Sequence record: PP410321 | Reading direction: 5' to 3' (one strand) | Length of the DNA: 64,000 nucleotides | Source of the DNA: Escherichia phage vB_EcoM_CUA3 | In this document: positions 1-10,015 of the stretch, in pieces | Layout: each line of letters starts with the position of its first letter | Position numbering within the stretch: position 1 is the stretch's first letter | Program-made: the position numbers and the translations under genes | The notes under the pieces: generated by a model | Told to the model about the DNA's origin: nothing | Seen by the model: the letters and a program-made list of their open reading frames with translations, nothing else | Database searches by the model: none

Positions 1-14
1 AATATTTCCTTAGA

Positions 15-2225
15 TTAAGCCGCTTCCACGGCTTTCATGAATTTAACGATTTGAGCTACGGAAGCCTCGGTAATGGATGTTCCACGACGATACATGTAGT
101 CCGAAACTAAATGGTAATCAGATTCAAACTGTACAGTCATTTTATCATTGTTACTTGAAGCATTATTGGTTAACGTATTGAACGTCGTATTACAGATTTT
201 CTTGATAACAGAAAGTTTGTCATCAGTGATATACCCATGGAAATTCATATAACGGAATATATCATAGAAATTGCTCAAACGAGTATATGCTTCAGACACC
301 GGCTTATCACTGAAATACTTAGTCATGAAACCAAGCTCAGGGAACTTAGCAATGATTTCAAGATAATATCTTGCACGGGTATTGCTACCAATATAATCAT
401 CAATATCTACAGCATCTAATGCTTCGGCATAAGCTTCTAACGTGGTTTCCATCAAGCATTCACATTGGCCTAACTTTTTAATCTTTTTGGCAATCTGAGG
501 GCGAATGATATGGAATTCAGTAGCACCAATCAAATTAGCCATACGACACATGGTAGTGGTGTTGATGTCAAAGATACCATAAGCTTCGTCCATTCCCATG
601 ATATCAGAACGACTACCAAACAGTACGTACCCTGTAATTTCTTCTGCTTCTGCTGCAGTTAAGTATAGGGTCTCTTGTTGCCAACGCCCATCTTTAATGA
701 ACCAACGATAAGCACTTGGTGTTTTAGGACGAGGTTCGGATGAACGAACGGTAACCGGAATCCACGGCTTAGCAATTTTATTCAGTTCAGAGACTTTATA
801 AAAATGAATTGTATCACCTTTAAAAAGGGCTTTAACCTTTTCAAGTTGTTGCATTTGCAACATTGAATTTGGGTCGACGAAAATAAGGTCGGTTCCGTAT
901 TTAGGAATATTGTGCTCTTTAACAATCTTCTTGGCCGAAGCACTGTTGTCCATTGCCAGAGCCCAAAGTCCTCGAACTAATGGCACACGACCCTTTTCAT
1001 CATCATAAACAACATGGATTTCTTTCTTATTAATGCCTAATAAACCACTAAGTCCTGCTACCGAAGAAGTATTACCACTCGGCTTAATTCGTTTCAAACG
1101 TGGGTCTGAAACGATTTCGTAAACCACACCTAAATTAATAAGGTCGTTTTGAAGTGTATAACGCTGGTATAATTTCTCATATGTCAATTTTTCTGTAGTA
1201 AACAGGCTAGTTCCACCTTTTTTGGTAAGATAGTCTCGAGCACTGTAACCAAGGTTAGAAAGGTCACGATAAACATGGCGTGGATTATCAGATTCCACCC
1301 ATTCCTGTGTATCATTTTTAAAGACCACTGCATCCAGTGCTTCGATACGGGTTGCAATATTTTCCATCGTACGTTTATCAAGAGACAACACTTCACGAGA
1401 CGGAGCAATATCCAGTGAACCCATAGGGAACTTAATATAAACTACATCATGGCGAGTACGCATCCATGTGCCTTTATTATAAGCAGAATCCAATGGATAA
1501 ACAATACCACCGTAAACAGCATAAAGTCCTGAACGTTCAAANCTGNNNTAACCGGTATCGGTTACCGGGTAGTAGTCTTCGAATTCAGGGAAATAATCAA
1601 CTTCAACCCCATCGACATCGCCAAGGCCAATGAAAGGACGCATGATATAACGAACTTCAGTTTCAAACTTACGGAAATCTTCTTCATCTACAGGAACCGT
1701 GATTTCGATACCTGTTTTATCACCTGGCTGCATAGGTTCGACGAAAGTAGGTTTAATCTGCGGGCCGTCGCCATCCATATAAGCTACATAACCACGAACT
1801 TCACCGTTATGCCACGAGGTAATATTAAACGTTTCGGTATAACTGAACGGAGATTTTGAACCAAGGCCAAAGCCGCCGATGAAATCGTTAGAAGCCGTTT
1901 TGGATGATGCGAAATAAGAGTTATATAACCCTGTTTCGTTTTCATCACCTCGAATTTGGAAATCACTCATGCCTGGCCCGAAATCACGGCATACGAAACG
2001 AGGGTCCAGTTTACCAGGAACCTGTACTTTCCAACGTTCTTTATTACCATTCAGAATATGAGCATCAATCATGTTGGTAATTAGTTCACGAACTACAGCA
2101 CGTACTTTATTACTATAAAGGTCTGATGAAAGAATTTTAAAGACCTTAGGAGAAGCCTGGATAGTAAATCCTGTAGACTTAGAGCCGTTACCAATGATTT
2201 GTTCTTTTTCGGTTTCAATAATCAT
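15..2225 (-). CDS. rIIA: rIIA protein (membrane-associated, GHKL ATPase-like N-terminal region)
   Basis: 736-aa ORF with ATG start; N-terminus resembles T4 rIIA as recalled; followed by rIIA.1 and topoisomerase gene in T4 order. Confidence 0.85.
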   Translation of the reverse strand: MIIETEKEQIIGNGSKSTGFTIQASPKVFKILSSDLYSNKVRAVVRELITNMIDAHILNGNKERWKVQVPGKLDPRFVCRDFGPGMSDFQIRGDENETGLYNSYFASSKTASNDFIGGFGLGSKSPFSYTETFNITSWHNGEVRGYVAYMDGDGPQIKPTFVEPMQPGDKTGIEITVPVDEEDFRKFETEVRYIMRPFIGLGDVDGVEVDYFPEFEDYYPVTDTGXXXFERSGLYAVYGGIVYPLDSAYNKGTWMRTRHDVVYIKFPMGSLDIAPSREVLSLDKRTMENIATRIEALDAVVFKNDTQEWVESDNPRHVYRDLSNLGYSARDYLTKKGGTSLFTTEKLTYEKLYQRYTLQNDLINLGVVYEIVSDPRLKRIKPSGNTSSVAGLSGLLGINKKEIHVVYDDEKGRVPLVRGLWALAMDNSASAKKIVKEHNIPKYGTDLIFVDPNSMLQMQQLEKVKALFKGDTIHFYKVSELNKIAKPWIPVTVRSSEPRPKTPSAYRWFIKDGRWQQETLYLTAAEAEEITGYVLFGSRSDIMGMDEAYGIFDINTTTMCRMANLIGATEFHIIRPQIAKKIKKLGQCECLMETTLEAYAEALDAVDIDDYIGSNTRARYYLEIIAKFPELGFMTKYFSDKPVSEAYTRLSNFYDIFRYMNFHGYITDDKLSVIKKICNTTFNTLTNNASSNNDKMTVQFESDYHLVSDYMYRRGTSITEASVAQIVKFMKAVEAA

Positions 2226-2232
2226 ATTTTTC

Positions 2233-2436
2233 TCAATTCAGGTTACGTTTAAAAATATCTGCCACTTCAAGGAGCTCTTCCTTAGTAGCGATGTCGTTGA
2301 GTATTTTATACCGTATTTCCTTAAAGCGTTCTTTAAAATCTTCAGCTGCATTGATATCAAAAAATCTCTGGATTAGCCGGAATTCTTTGTGGACCGCTTT
2401 ATCGAACAAATCAATGTTGACTTTAAAGTTTGTCAT
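2233..2436 (-). CDS. small protein in rIIA.1 position
   Basis: 67-aa ORF immediately upstream of rIIA, ATG start; position and size match T4 rIIA.1. Confidence 0.45.
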   Translation of the reverse strand: MTNFKVNIDLFDKAVHKEFRLIQRFFDINAAEDFKERFKEIRYKILNDIATKEELLEVADIFKRNLN

Positions 2437-2746
2437 TTTTAACTACCTCATGTTGAACATATTCTCTGGTAGAACCCAGTTCGGCCAGAATTCTTCTCAT
2501 AGAACCCATTGTACTTTTGTGCTCTCTGTGGCGATACATTATCTCTAAAACCTTTTCCTGGACAACAGGAGAGAGCGCCTGGTTATCTTTAATCTTTAAG
2601 GCAATAGATTTTACAGCCTTAAGATATTCTAGTCCCTTACCGCTTGTAATCACTACTCCTTCATCTTTACAGTTACGAATAGCAGTTTCCATAAAAGATA
2701 AAGCCAAGTTGTCAGTGTTCACTATACTGTTATCTTGCATAATCAT
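2423..2746 (-). CDS. hypothetical protein
   Basis: 107-aa ORF, ATG start with GAGGTGA SD; overlaps rIIA.1 start by 14 nt. Confidence 0.4.
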   Translation of the reverse strand: MIMQDNSIVNTDNLALSFMETAIRNCKDEGVVITSGKGLEYLKAVKSIALKIKDNQALSPVVQEKVLEIMYRHREHKSTMGSMRRILAELGSTREYVQHEVVKNDKL

Positions 2747-2788
2747 ATTCTCACCTCTNAGATAATCCTATCATAGTTTTGTTATGTT

Positions 2789-2818
2789 GTAAACCCCGAA
2801 AAGGGCCCGTAGGCCCTT
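2789..2818 (-). terminator. rho-independent terminator (minus strand)
   Basis: 7-bp GC-rich stem AAGGGCC/GGCCCTT with 4-nt loop, then U-rich TTTCGGGGTTT on the minus-sense RNA. Confidence 0.5.
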
Positions 2819-3024
2819 AATTANNNNNNNNNNNNNNNNNNNNNNNNNNNNNNNNNNNNNNNNNNNNNNNNNNNNNNNNNNNNNNNNNNNNNNNNNNNNN
2901 NNNNNNNNNNNNNNNNNNNNNNNNNNNNNNNCCAGAGATATCCAAATTCACCGGTGGCTAGCGTTATCCAGTACTTTCTCATAAAGTCTCCTNNTNTANG
3001 GCACTCATGTACCATACATATTTA

Positions 3025-4842
3025 TTACGACATCCAGGCCTTACGGAGTTGAGGGTCATTTCCAAGGAGCATTTCGAACTGTTCTTTCCAATCTTCCGGC
3101 AGTTGAACTACATCAAATTTAGGGTCTTGAATCATTCGACGGTATTCAGCCTTCTCAAGAGAACCTAGTCCTTTGATATAACGAATAGAATGTTTTGGTA
3201 GAGAGTCCTTAGCTTTGGTATAACTAGGAACATCATAGAACCATTCTTGTTCTTTACCAACCTGGGCAATAATCACCGGAGTTTTACAGAATCGTACTCG
3301 GCCTTGTTCGAACAATTCAGGCCATTGACTAAAGAAGGCCAGCAATGATGGATAAATCGAACCAGTACCATCCACATCGGCATCGGTCATGATAGCAATA
3401 TTACGATAGTTAGTTTTCTCTGCAGGTTCGCCAATAACCAGTCCAGTGATTGCACAGATATCAAACAATTCTTTGTTCTTCATGATATCTGTTGCTGACA
3501 TTCCCCAGGTATTCATAACCTTACCACGTAGTGGATAACCGCCTTGAAGATCTTTATTACGGACTTCAATGAAAGGACCCATAGCAGAATCGCCTTCGGT
3601 TAAGAACAAAGTCGTATCAGCATCTTTGCCGTATAAGTTAGCTTTAATATGCTTATGGACCTTGGCTTTAGAAGCTTTCTTAGCGGCTTTAGTTTCAGCT
3701 GCCTTTTCAGCTGCTAATTTACGGGCTAAAGCAGCTTCGACGATAGGCATAATAAGCCCTTCGTCTTTAAGAATANNNNNNNNNATTTTCTTTGCATCAA
3801 TTTGAATATGATTACGAATTTCACCGAATGGTGACGTCAAACGCTCTTTAGTCTGGGAATCAAAACGCATATTACTCATATCACGAATGAACATTACCAT
3901 CGTAAGGCATTCTTTAACACGAGCCTTGGTTACTTCAATTCCACGATATTTCTTTTTAATACCAGGCAGAAGGTGCTCACAAATATCATCGAATACACAT
4001 TCAACGTGGTGGCCACCATTCTTGGTGTGGATATTGTTTACATAAGTCAGTTGACGGAAACCATCCGGAGATGTAGTAAATGCCATTGAGACATTATCGG
4101 TTTCTTGAATTACTACATCTTTACCAAATTGATTAGCATACTTTTTAAAGTTACCATCTACTTTTTTACCATTAAAAGTAAATTGGATACTAGGATAAAT
4201 TACAGCTAGGGTTTTAAGACGATCTAAAGTAATATCCAGATAAATTTGGGTCAAACTATTTTCTTCGAAATGGTTAAAGTCTGGAGTGAATATAACCGAA
4301 GTGCCTTTATCTTTGGATTTCTTAGTAGTCCAACCTTTGTTTTCCATTCCGTTAGAACAGTTAACAGTAATCTCATTCTCGCCATCAGAGGTGATGCCTG
4401 TGAACAAAACAGAGAAGATATTAGTTAAACTACTACCGACACCATTCATGCCGCCTGTCTTACGCTCTGCGTCATCTCCAAAGTTACCACCGGCCTTCGG
4501 AATAGTCCATGCAGCTACGGGACCCGGAATTTGTTCACCGTTTTGGTCAGTAACCATTGCTTGTGGAATACCACGACCATTATCAGAAACTGAAACCTGA
4601 TTATTCTTAATTCGGACATCAATTTTGTTTGCGAATTTAAAATTAGTACGAATAGCTTCATCGACAGAGTTATCAATGATTTCGTCAATTAATTTAACTA
4701 GTCCAGGAACATAGTTAACCTGTGTAAAATTACCGAACAGGAATCGACCATGGGCTTCATTAGCACTAGAGCCAATATACATCCCACTACGTTTTTTGAT
4801 ATGTTCAATGTCGGACAGTACTTTAATTTCATTCTTAATCAT
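3025..4842 (-). CDS. 39: DNA topoisomerase II large subunit (GyrB-like ATPase), contiguous 39+60 form
   Basis: 605-aa ORF; GHKL ATPase and TOPRIM-like motifs; ATG with GAGGAAA SD; single ORF covers what T4 splits into genes 39 and 60. Confidence 0.9.
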   Translation of the reverse strand: MIKNEIKVLSDIEHIKKRSGMYIGSSANEAHGRFLFGNFTQVNYVPGLVKLIDEIIDNSVDEAIRTNFKFANKIDVRIKNNQVSVSDNGRGIPQAMVTDQNGEQIPGPVAAWTIPKAGGNFGDDAERKTGGMNGVGSSLTNIFSVLFTGITSDGENEITVNCSNGMENKGWTTKKSKDKGTSVIFTPDFNHFEENSLTQIYLDITLDRLKTLAVIYPSIQFTFNGKKVDGNFKKYANQFGKDVVIQETDNVSMAFTTSPDGFRQLTYVNNIHTKNGGHHVECVFDDICEHLLPGIKKKYRGIEVTKARVKECLTMVMFIRDMSNMRFDSQTKERLTSPFGEIRNHIQIDAKKXXXXILKDEGLIMPIVEAALARKLAAEKAAETKAAKKASKAKVHKHIKANLYGKDADTTLFLTEGDSAMGPFIEVRNKDLQGGYPLRGKVMNTWGMSATDIMKNKELFDICAITGLVIGEPAEKTNYRNIAIMTDADVDGTGSIYPSLLAFFSQWPELFEQGRVRFCKTPVIIAQVGKEQEWFYDVPSYTKAKDSLPKHSIRYIKGLGSLEKAEYRRMIQDPKFDVVQLPEDWKEQFEMLLGNDPQLRKAWMS

Positions 4843-4866
4843 GTTATTTCCTCATGTAGTAGGAGA

Positions 4867-4890
4867 ATATTATCCCATTTCACTTAAAGC
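4867..4890 (-). promoter_or_regulatory. middle-type (MotA-box-like) promoter upstream of topoisomerase gene
   Basis: minus-sense GCTTTA, 12 nt, TAATAT; matches T4 middle promoter architecture (MotA box about 12 bp upstream of -10). Confidence 0.4.
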
Positions 4891-4910
4891 ATAAAAGGGC
4901 CGAAGCCCTT
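4881..4910 (-). terminator. rho-independent terminator (minus strand)
   Basis: stem AAGGGC/GCCCTT with loop UUCG on minus-sense RNA, then TTTTATGCTTT. Confidence 0.6.
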
Positions 4911-5169
4911 AATCAAATCGAATGGTCGACTTTTTAAAGAATAATCCAGAACAAACCGTTCCTTCAACCCTTTTACCTGTCGGCCCTACAGCAATAAAGC
5001 CTGTGCGTTGGAAATCATCTTCAGAACAACCGAATAGGTTGTATCCTGTGATTTGGATTTGTTCGTAGCCATTTGCATCCAATACACGGGTAGCATTATC
5101 AGCATCAGTACAACCAACCAACGAAACTGCTAGTACAAGAGCTGCAATAGAACGATTAACATATTTCAT
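4909..5169 (-). CDS. putative lipoprotein
   Basis: 86-aa ORF; N-terminal signal peptide with lipobox-like LVGC. Confidence 0.5.
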   Translation of the reverse strand: MKYVNRSIAALVLAVSLVGCTDADNATRVLDANGYEQIQITGYNLFGCSEDDFQRTGFIAVGPTGKRVEGTVCSGLFFKKSTIRFD

Positions 5170-5175
5170 AATTTC

Positions 5176-5352
5176 TCACTTAGTTAGCAGGTCATAGAAC
5201 CCGCCGTTAACATGTTTAGGGGCCGAGACTAACCGAACAGCCAGCCGATGGCAATCAGGACAAACATCGTTATCTCTTTCAGAGATTTTCTTGATTTTTT
5301 CATATTCTTTTGCACAATCATCGGATTGGCATTTGTAATCATAAAGTGGCAT
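5176..5352 (-). CDS. small zinc-ribbon protein (FmdB-like)
   Basis: 58-aa ORF below the 60-aa track cutoff: MPLYDYKCQSDDC...CPDCH, two Cys pairs; AAGGA SD 6 nt upstream of ATG. Confidence 0.45.
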   Translation of the reverse strand: MPLYDYKCQSDDCAKEYEKIKKISERDNDVCPDCHRLAVRLVSAPKHVNGGFYDLLTK

Positions 5353-5438
5353 ATTATTCCTTAAAGTGGGCTTTCAACATCTGGTAAACTGTCCAGGCTT
5401 CAGAATTATTAGAGATAGTGATTTTAGTCAAAGGGAAA

Positions 5439-5936
5439 TCACTCGGTTCGGANNNNNNNNNNNNNNNNNNNNNNNNNNNNNNNNNNNNNNNNNNNNNNNN
5501 NNNNNNNNNNNNNNNNNNNNNNNNNNNNNNNNNNNNNNNNNNNNNNNNNNNNNNNNNNNNNNNNNNNNNNNNNNNNNNNNNNNNNNNNNNNNNNNNNNNN
5601 NNNNNNNNNNNNNNNNNNNNNNNNNNNNNNNNNNNNNNNNNNNNNNNNNNNNNNNNNNNNNNNNNNNNNNNNNNNNNNNNNNNNNNNNNNNNNNNNNNNN
5701 NNNNNNNNNNNNNNNNNNNNNNCATTGTAAGTCTCCTTCCAGAAGTCGGTGCCTTCAGCAGTGATTTCACGGAACACTGCATAGATAGGGTTTTTATCGC
5801 CTTGATTTTCGTATACATAAACCGACGATAAATGAGAAAACGTATCAGAATGTTCCTTTTGAACCACGATTAAATCAGGGTTGAACAGAACATCTTCAAA
5901 TTCTTCACGAGTCGAGTTCACAGTAACTTTAGCCAT
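5439..5936 (-). CDS. hypothetical protein (C-terminal part N-masked)
   Basis: ORF with ATG start and GAGAGGAAAA SD; interior masked by an N run so the 3' end is uncertain. Confidence 0.35.
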   Translation of the reverse strand: MAKVTVNSTREEFEDVLFNPDLIVVQKEHSDTFSHLSSVYVYENQGDKNPIYAVFREITAEGTDFWKETYNXXXXXXXXXXXXXXXXXXXXXXXXXXXXXXXXXXXXXXXXXXXXXXXXXXXXXXXXXXXXXXXXXXXXXXXXXXXXXXXXXXXXXXXXXXXRTE

Positions 5937-5954
5937 TTTATTTTCCTCTCATTT

Positions 5955-5998
5955 GTTGATAGGGTAATCTTATCACTACCCTATCTTGTTGTACACTG
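5955..5998 (-). promoter_or_regulatory. early-promoter-like cassette with inverted repeat
   Basis: minus-sense GTGTAC, spacer, TAAGAT, then CCTATCAAC; 9-bp inverted repeat GATAGGGTA/TACCCTATC brackets the -10. Confidence 0.4.
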
Positions 5999-6009
5999 CT
6001 TTTTAAACT

Positions 6010-6621
6010 TTATGAACGATGAATATTAGCATACTCGACAATAAAGCTTTCAGGAACTACTTTAAAGGTTCCAAGGAACACGATGTTATAAAGCTTAACG
6101 CCTTCTTCAACCCACTGGTCTGTGATGTAACCAGACATGCTGGTGGTTTCATAAGTACCGAAAATTTCGTCATAGTATTCAAACGGTTTAGGGGAAACGA
6201 AAAAGACACCTTGACCTAATTTCCATTTGAAATCAACACCTACATGAGATTGGTCAATAGTTTCAACGTCTTGAGCTACTACGCCACGGATATCATTGCT
6301 TTCACATACATACCCATCATGGGATTCGACTTCTTCAACTACAGGNNNNNNNNNNNNNNNNNNNNNNNNNNNNNNNNNNNNNNNNNNNNNNNNNNNNNNN
6401 NNNNNNNNNNNNNNNNNNNNNNNNNNNNNNNNNNNNNNNNNNNNNNNNNNNNNNNNNNNNNNNNNNNNNNNNNNNNNNNNNNNNNNNNNNNNNNNNNNNN
6501 NNNNNNNNNNNNNNNNNNNNNNNNNNNNNNNNNNNNNNNNNNNNNNNNNNNNNNNNNNNNNNNNNNNNNNNNNNNNNNNNNNNNNNNNNNNNNNNNNAGG
6601 TTTATTCTCCATAAGAGCCAT
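6010..6621 (-). CDS. hypothetical protein, paralog of adjacent gene
   Basis: 203-aa ORF (N-masked middle); C-terminus ITDQWVEEGVKLYNIVFLGTFKVVP is paralogous to 6651..7199; start uncertain because a promoter motif overlaps the first ATG. Confidence 0.45.
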   Translation of the reverse strand: MALMENKPXXXXXXXXXXXXXXXXXXXXXXXXXXXXXXXXXXXXXXXXXXXXXXXXXXXXXXXXXXXXXXXXXXXXXXXXXXXXXXXXXXXXPVVEEVESHDGYVCESNDIRGVVAQDVETIDQSHVGVDFKWKLGQGVFFVSPKPFEYYDEIFGTYETTSMSGYITDQWVEEGVKLYNIVFLGTFKVVPESFIVEYANIHRS

Positions 6622-6648
6622 TATAACATGGCTCTCGATAAAGTAAAC
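6620..6648 (-). promoter_or_regulatory. early-type promoter
   Basis: minus-sense GTTTAC, 17 nt, TATAAT; 8-bp inverted repeat AGAGCCAT/ATGGCTCT flanks the -10 hexamer. Confidence 0.5.
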
Positions 6649-6650
6649 TA

Positions 6651-7199
6651 TTAATTCAATACGTTAACCACTGCACTACGAGGTACTACGCTAAAATCAC
6701 CAGCATGAACAACGTTCAGAAGCTCAACACCATCTTCAACCCACTGGTCTGTTACCCATCCACAGATAGGATTATCAAAAGGACGGCGGATAGACACAGC
6801 ACGAGTTAGAAGGTCGGTAGGGCCTTGTTCTTCAACTTCTTGGAACAGGATGAACTCATCTTCATAAACCAGGTTTTTCTCTATTTTGTTATTATCTAAC
6901 CGGCGACCGTGGATGACGTAAGATTTGTCAAACCACTCACTTTTGGCAAATTCTTCAACAATAAATTCGCCTTCGCCAAAAACATCAGTCAGAGTTTTAT
7001 GGCCGGAAATCAAGGCATTAGTTTTAATTTCAGGTTCAACCAGTTTGTAGGTTTTTCCGATTTCGATAGTNNNNGTAGTCATAGTGGTTTCCTTAATTTC
7101 TAATGGTTCAATAGGGGCTACATAAGTGCTTAAAACATCAAAATCAATCAATTTGGCCGCCGGGTTCGGTGTGTATTTGGGATTATAATTAAATTTCAT
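6651..7199 (-). CDS. hypothetical protein, paralog of adjacent gene
   Basis: 182-aa ORF; C-terminus VTDQWVEDGVELLNVVHAGDFSVVP is paralogous to 6010..6621. Confidence 0.5.
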   Translation of the reverse strand: MKFNYNPKYTPNPAAKLIDFDVLSTYVAPIEPLEIKETTMTXXTIEIGKTYKLVEPEIKTNALISGHKTLTDVFGEGEFIVEEFAKSEWFDKSYVIHGRRLDNNKIEKNLVYEDEFILFQEVEEQGPTDLLTRAVSIRRPFDNPICGWVTDQWVEDGVELLNVVHAGDFSVVPRSAVVNVLN

Positions 7200-7201
7200 A
7201 A

Positions 7202-7705
7202 TTATCTCATTTCAATAAAATCTACGAGTTCAGCATGGGACTTGCGGAACATTACTTGGCGGTCACCAATGACTACCTCATCTTCAGGGATTTCGTAAAC
7301 AGCAAGGTAGAATCCTTTAGAAGATAATTCTTCGCGCTCTTCACGAGTGAACCAGCGCATCATATCATACTCGCTGGCAAAAGCAAAATGGTAGAGATTA
7401 ACAAACCAACCGGGNATATNNNNNNNNNNNNNNNNNNNNNNNNNNNNNNNNNNNNNNNNNNNNNNNNNNNNATTAGAATTTTTAACCAACAATTCATCTT
7501 GACTTGGTAGTGGGATGTTTTTATTATTAGTATGATGGTGTCTAAAATTAGGTCTGTCGAAACCCACTTCTAATAACCAACCTTCACTCCATTCATCAAA
7601 TGAGCCTCTATACGGGGTTAATTGGCGACATTGTTGACGAGTGATTGTGATAACATCGCTGTTATCTAAGATACTGAACGATGACTCAACTCGATAAATT
7701 TTCAT
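7202..7705 (-). CDS. hypothetical protein
   Basis: 167-aa ORF; ATG with GAGGAG SD; promoter cassette immediately upstream. Confidence 0.45.
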   Translation of the reverse strand: MKIYRVESSFSILDNSDVITITRQQCRQLTPYRGSFDEWSEGWLLEVGFDRPNFRHHHTNNKNIPLPSQDELLVKNSNXXXXXXXXXXXXXXXXXXXPGWFVNLYHFAFASEYDMMRWFTREEREELSSKGFYLAVYEIPEDEVVIGDRQVMFRKSHAELVDFIEMR

Positions 7706-7732
7706 TTTGTTCTCCTCATGTTGATAGGGTAG

Positions 7733-7761
7733 ATAATATCATGTCATGAGGAGAAGTAAAC
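7733..7761 (-). promoter_or_regulatory. early-type promoter with SD-complementary spacer
   Basis: minus-sense GTTTAC, 17 nt, TATTAT; spacer TCTCCTCATG is the exact reverse complement of 5'UTR CATGAGGAGA containing the SD. Confidence 0.6.
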
Positions 7762-7765
7762 ACTT

Positions 7766-8440
7766 TTATCGATTTTTTATACTTAATGGGTCTGGGTTCT
7801 CAGGAACATCTTCCAGGTTTAAAGCATATCGTTGGGCATATTTCAGCATCAAGATATCCTTAGCACAGTCATGGATAGAGTCATGAGCAACAAAGCCATT
7901 CAAGGTTCCGTTAGGCAGAGGGCACATGCTCAATCCCCGCGTCAGTGAATAGGCTTCAATGGCCGTACGGATATCGCGTTGGTTCCAGAATTTAACCGGT
8001 TCCAACTTAGTTGTATCGATTTCATTCTCAGGAACACCTTCAGAACGATAAGCATCACGAATAAGGTCCACTAAGATTGGAAAGTCAAAGGACATTCCAC
8101 GGCACCACATCTGTGATTTCCATTGGTCCACTTCGTTTTTACGACAGTATTCCAGGAAATTACCAATGCCGATAGAAGTACTTACATCAATTTCGGACGG
8201 AGCCAGGTTTTTACGTGCTTCAGGTCCTTGTTCTTTCCACCACTGCAATGTGCTTTTAGAGAACAGACGTTTATCGCGTTGAGAAGCCAAATCGAATTTA
8301 ATACGAAGGCCACGTTGAGTAAGCTCTTCAAACGATTCTACTACCTCTGGATTAGGGTCATAAGCAATTACGGCGAGGTCGATAACTGCTGCATTTTGGG
8401 TAGTGGCAAAGGTTTCGAAGTCAATAATTATATCTTTCAT
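7766..8440 (-). CDS. dexA: exonuclease A (DEDD-type 3'-5' exonuclease)
   Basis: 224-aa ORF; N-terminal IIDFETF motif; strong similarity to T4 DexA as recalled; T4 position upstream of dda. Confidence 0.8.
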   Translation of the reverse strand: MKDIIIDFETFATTQNAAVIDLAVIAYDPNPEVVESFEELTQRGLRIKFDLASQRDKRLFSKSTLQWWKEQGPEARKNLAPSEIDVSTSIGIGNFLEYCRKNEVDQWKSQMWCRGMSFDFPILVDLIRDAYRSEGVPENEIDTTKLEPVKFWNQRDIRTAIEAYSLTRGLSMCPLPNGTLNGFVAHDSIHDCAKDILMLKYAQRYALNLEDVPENPDPLSIKNR

Positions 8441-8676
8441 TTAACGTACCTCATAAGGTCTCGGATTTGGCCAACAGTATAGTCTTCAATATAAACCGAA
8501 GAGATATTGTCGTCCATCAGTTTTTGCACTGCAATAAAATCACTTTCAATATCTTTAAGAGAATGCAAGACCTTATGAGCCTTGCCAAGGATATTTGTAT
8601 CGTCCTTATTGTCCTTAATAATGTATTCCGTCTCGAATTTCAACTTATAAAATTGGTCTTTAGTTACTTTAATCAT
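8437..8676 (-). CDS. hypothetical protein
   Basis: track ORF 8437..8727 trimmed to the internal ATG (MIKVTKDQ) with strong GAGGAAAA SD; the longer form would overlap the dda C-terminus. Confidence 0.45.
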   Translation of the reverse strand: MIKVTKDQFYKLKFETEYIIKDNKDDTNILGKAHKVLHSLKDIESDFIAVQKLMDDNISSVYIEDYTVGQIRDLMRYVK

Positions 8677-8683
8677 ATTTTCC

Positions 8684-10015
8684 TCAAACGTAGTAGGCAT
8701 CAGTACGAGCACGAGTAATACTAACATAAGCTAGCTGTGAAGCTAAATTCGCATCGGCCATATGCATGCATGGAGTATAGATGAAACTGTTCTGGACAGT
8801 AAGACCCTGTGATTTATGGACGGTGCTCACCGGAAGGGCTCGAACCTTAGTGAACATTCGCTTGGCTTTCCAGAAATCAGCCCACTTAGGTTTCTTACCA
8901 GTTCCGCGCATGGCCTTGTACTCAGTAGCCACCTTAGCCAAGAAATAATGGAACTTCTCAACTGAAGCCTCATCGATAACCTTTAAGTGTTCTACGTAGT
9001 ACTCATCGTCCTCATCAATAGATTCAACCTGGAGGTCCCAGTAATTAATCATTTGTCGAGTGCCTACATCTTTAGCAGACAAGAACAATGAGGTATGATT
9101 CACATCTAGAATACGAACCATTTGACCGTTATTAAAAATGGTTTCAGAGAATTTCTTACCGTCGTATTCGAGCTCCTTCATAAAAGGCTCTTGCATCACG
9201 AGGATTTCACCCTTGATATAAGGCGCATCGGTTTCATAAAGCTTTTTACGAATAATACTATTCAGTTTTTCAACTGATTTATTTGTATAAGCAAACATCC
9301 TGTTCTCAAACAAGGCATCGGCATCTTTTACGATGGAAAAATAATTCATCATAAAATCTTTTAAAGCCGTTTGAGATTTAAAACCATGGACACCATGGCC
9401 TTCGAATATACAATCTCGGAACCATCCACCATTACGGATTTCAGTAGCAACCTCAATGATAGGAGCATTACTACGCATTACTTCAGTAAGGTGCAGCTGT
9501 TTAATTTTAGGATGGGTAAAGAATGGAGACAACTGAGGACTACCATCACTTCCAGGTTCTACTGGCTGTAACTGAGCTCGGTCGCCAATCCCCAGTACAG
9601 TGCACCACGGAGGAACCGAAGCTTCGATAATCTTAAACAACTTACCGTCAATCATTGAGCCTTCGTCGACCACAAGAACATTACATTTACTCAAATCAGG
9701 AGCTTCGCGTTGTTCAAAAATATCCTGGTCTTCGTATGTAGTCGGGTTAATCTTTAAGATTCGGTGAATTGTCGATGCTTCTTGGCCTGCGAGTTTCGAC
9801 AATACCTTCTTGGCCGCGTGTGTAGGTGCGGTCAAAATAACTCCGAGTTCGCCATTCTTGACTAAGTGGTCAAGGATAAATTTAGTAAGGGTCGTTTTAC
9901 CTGTACCCGCAGGACCATTCAATGTAATCCATTCGCCCTTACGTCGTTTAATAGCTTCAATGATTTCTTTAAAGGCCGTCCGTTGCCCAATATTCAAGTC
10001 TTCAAATGTAATCAT
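8684..10015 (-). CDS. dda: Dda DNA helicase (SF1B)
   Basis: 443-aa ORF; Walker A GPAGTGKTT and SF1 motifs; collinear with T4 Dda as recalled. Confidence 0.9.
   Translation of the reverse strand: MITFEDLNIGQRTAFKEIIEAIKRRKGEWITLNGPAGTGKTTLTKFILDHLVKNGELGVILTAPTHAAKKVLSKLAGQEASTIHRILKINPTTYEDQDIFEQREAPDLSKCNVLVVDEGSMIDGKLFKIIEASVPPWCTVLGIGDRAQLQPVEPGSDGSPQLSPFFTHPKIKQLHLTEVMRSNAPIIEVATEIRNGGWFRDCIFEGHGVHGFKSQTALKDFMMNYFSIVKDADALFENRMFAYTNKSVEKLNSIIRKKLYETDAPYIKGEILVMQEPFMKELEYDGKKFSETIFNNGQMVRILDVNHTSLFLSAKDVGTRQMINYWDLQVESIDEDDEYYVEHLKVIDEASVEKFHYFLAKVATEYKAMRGTGKKPKWADFWKAKRMFTKVRALPVSTVHKSQGLTVQNSFIYTPCMHMADANLASQLAYVSITRARTDAYYV

Noticed and set aside
237-2765. Plus-strand ORFs inside rIIA, topoisomerase, polymerase and other minus-strand genes (e.g. 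237..419, 3569..3805, 27584..28822)
   Set aside because: Antisense ORFs within well-supported genes, with no RBS and no coding-like composition
2789-2794. GTTTAC upstream of ORF 2423..2746 as a promoter -35
   Set aside because: No acceptable -10 at 16-18 bp; the motif is better explained as the U-tract following the terminator hairpin at 2795..2818
8437-8727. Longer start for ORF 8437..8727 (MLVLLVL...)
   Set aside because: The extension overlaps the dda C-terminus; the internal ATG with a strong SD is the likelier start
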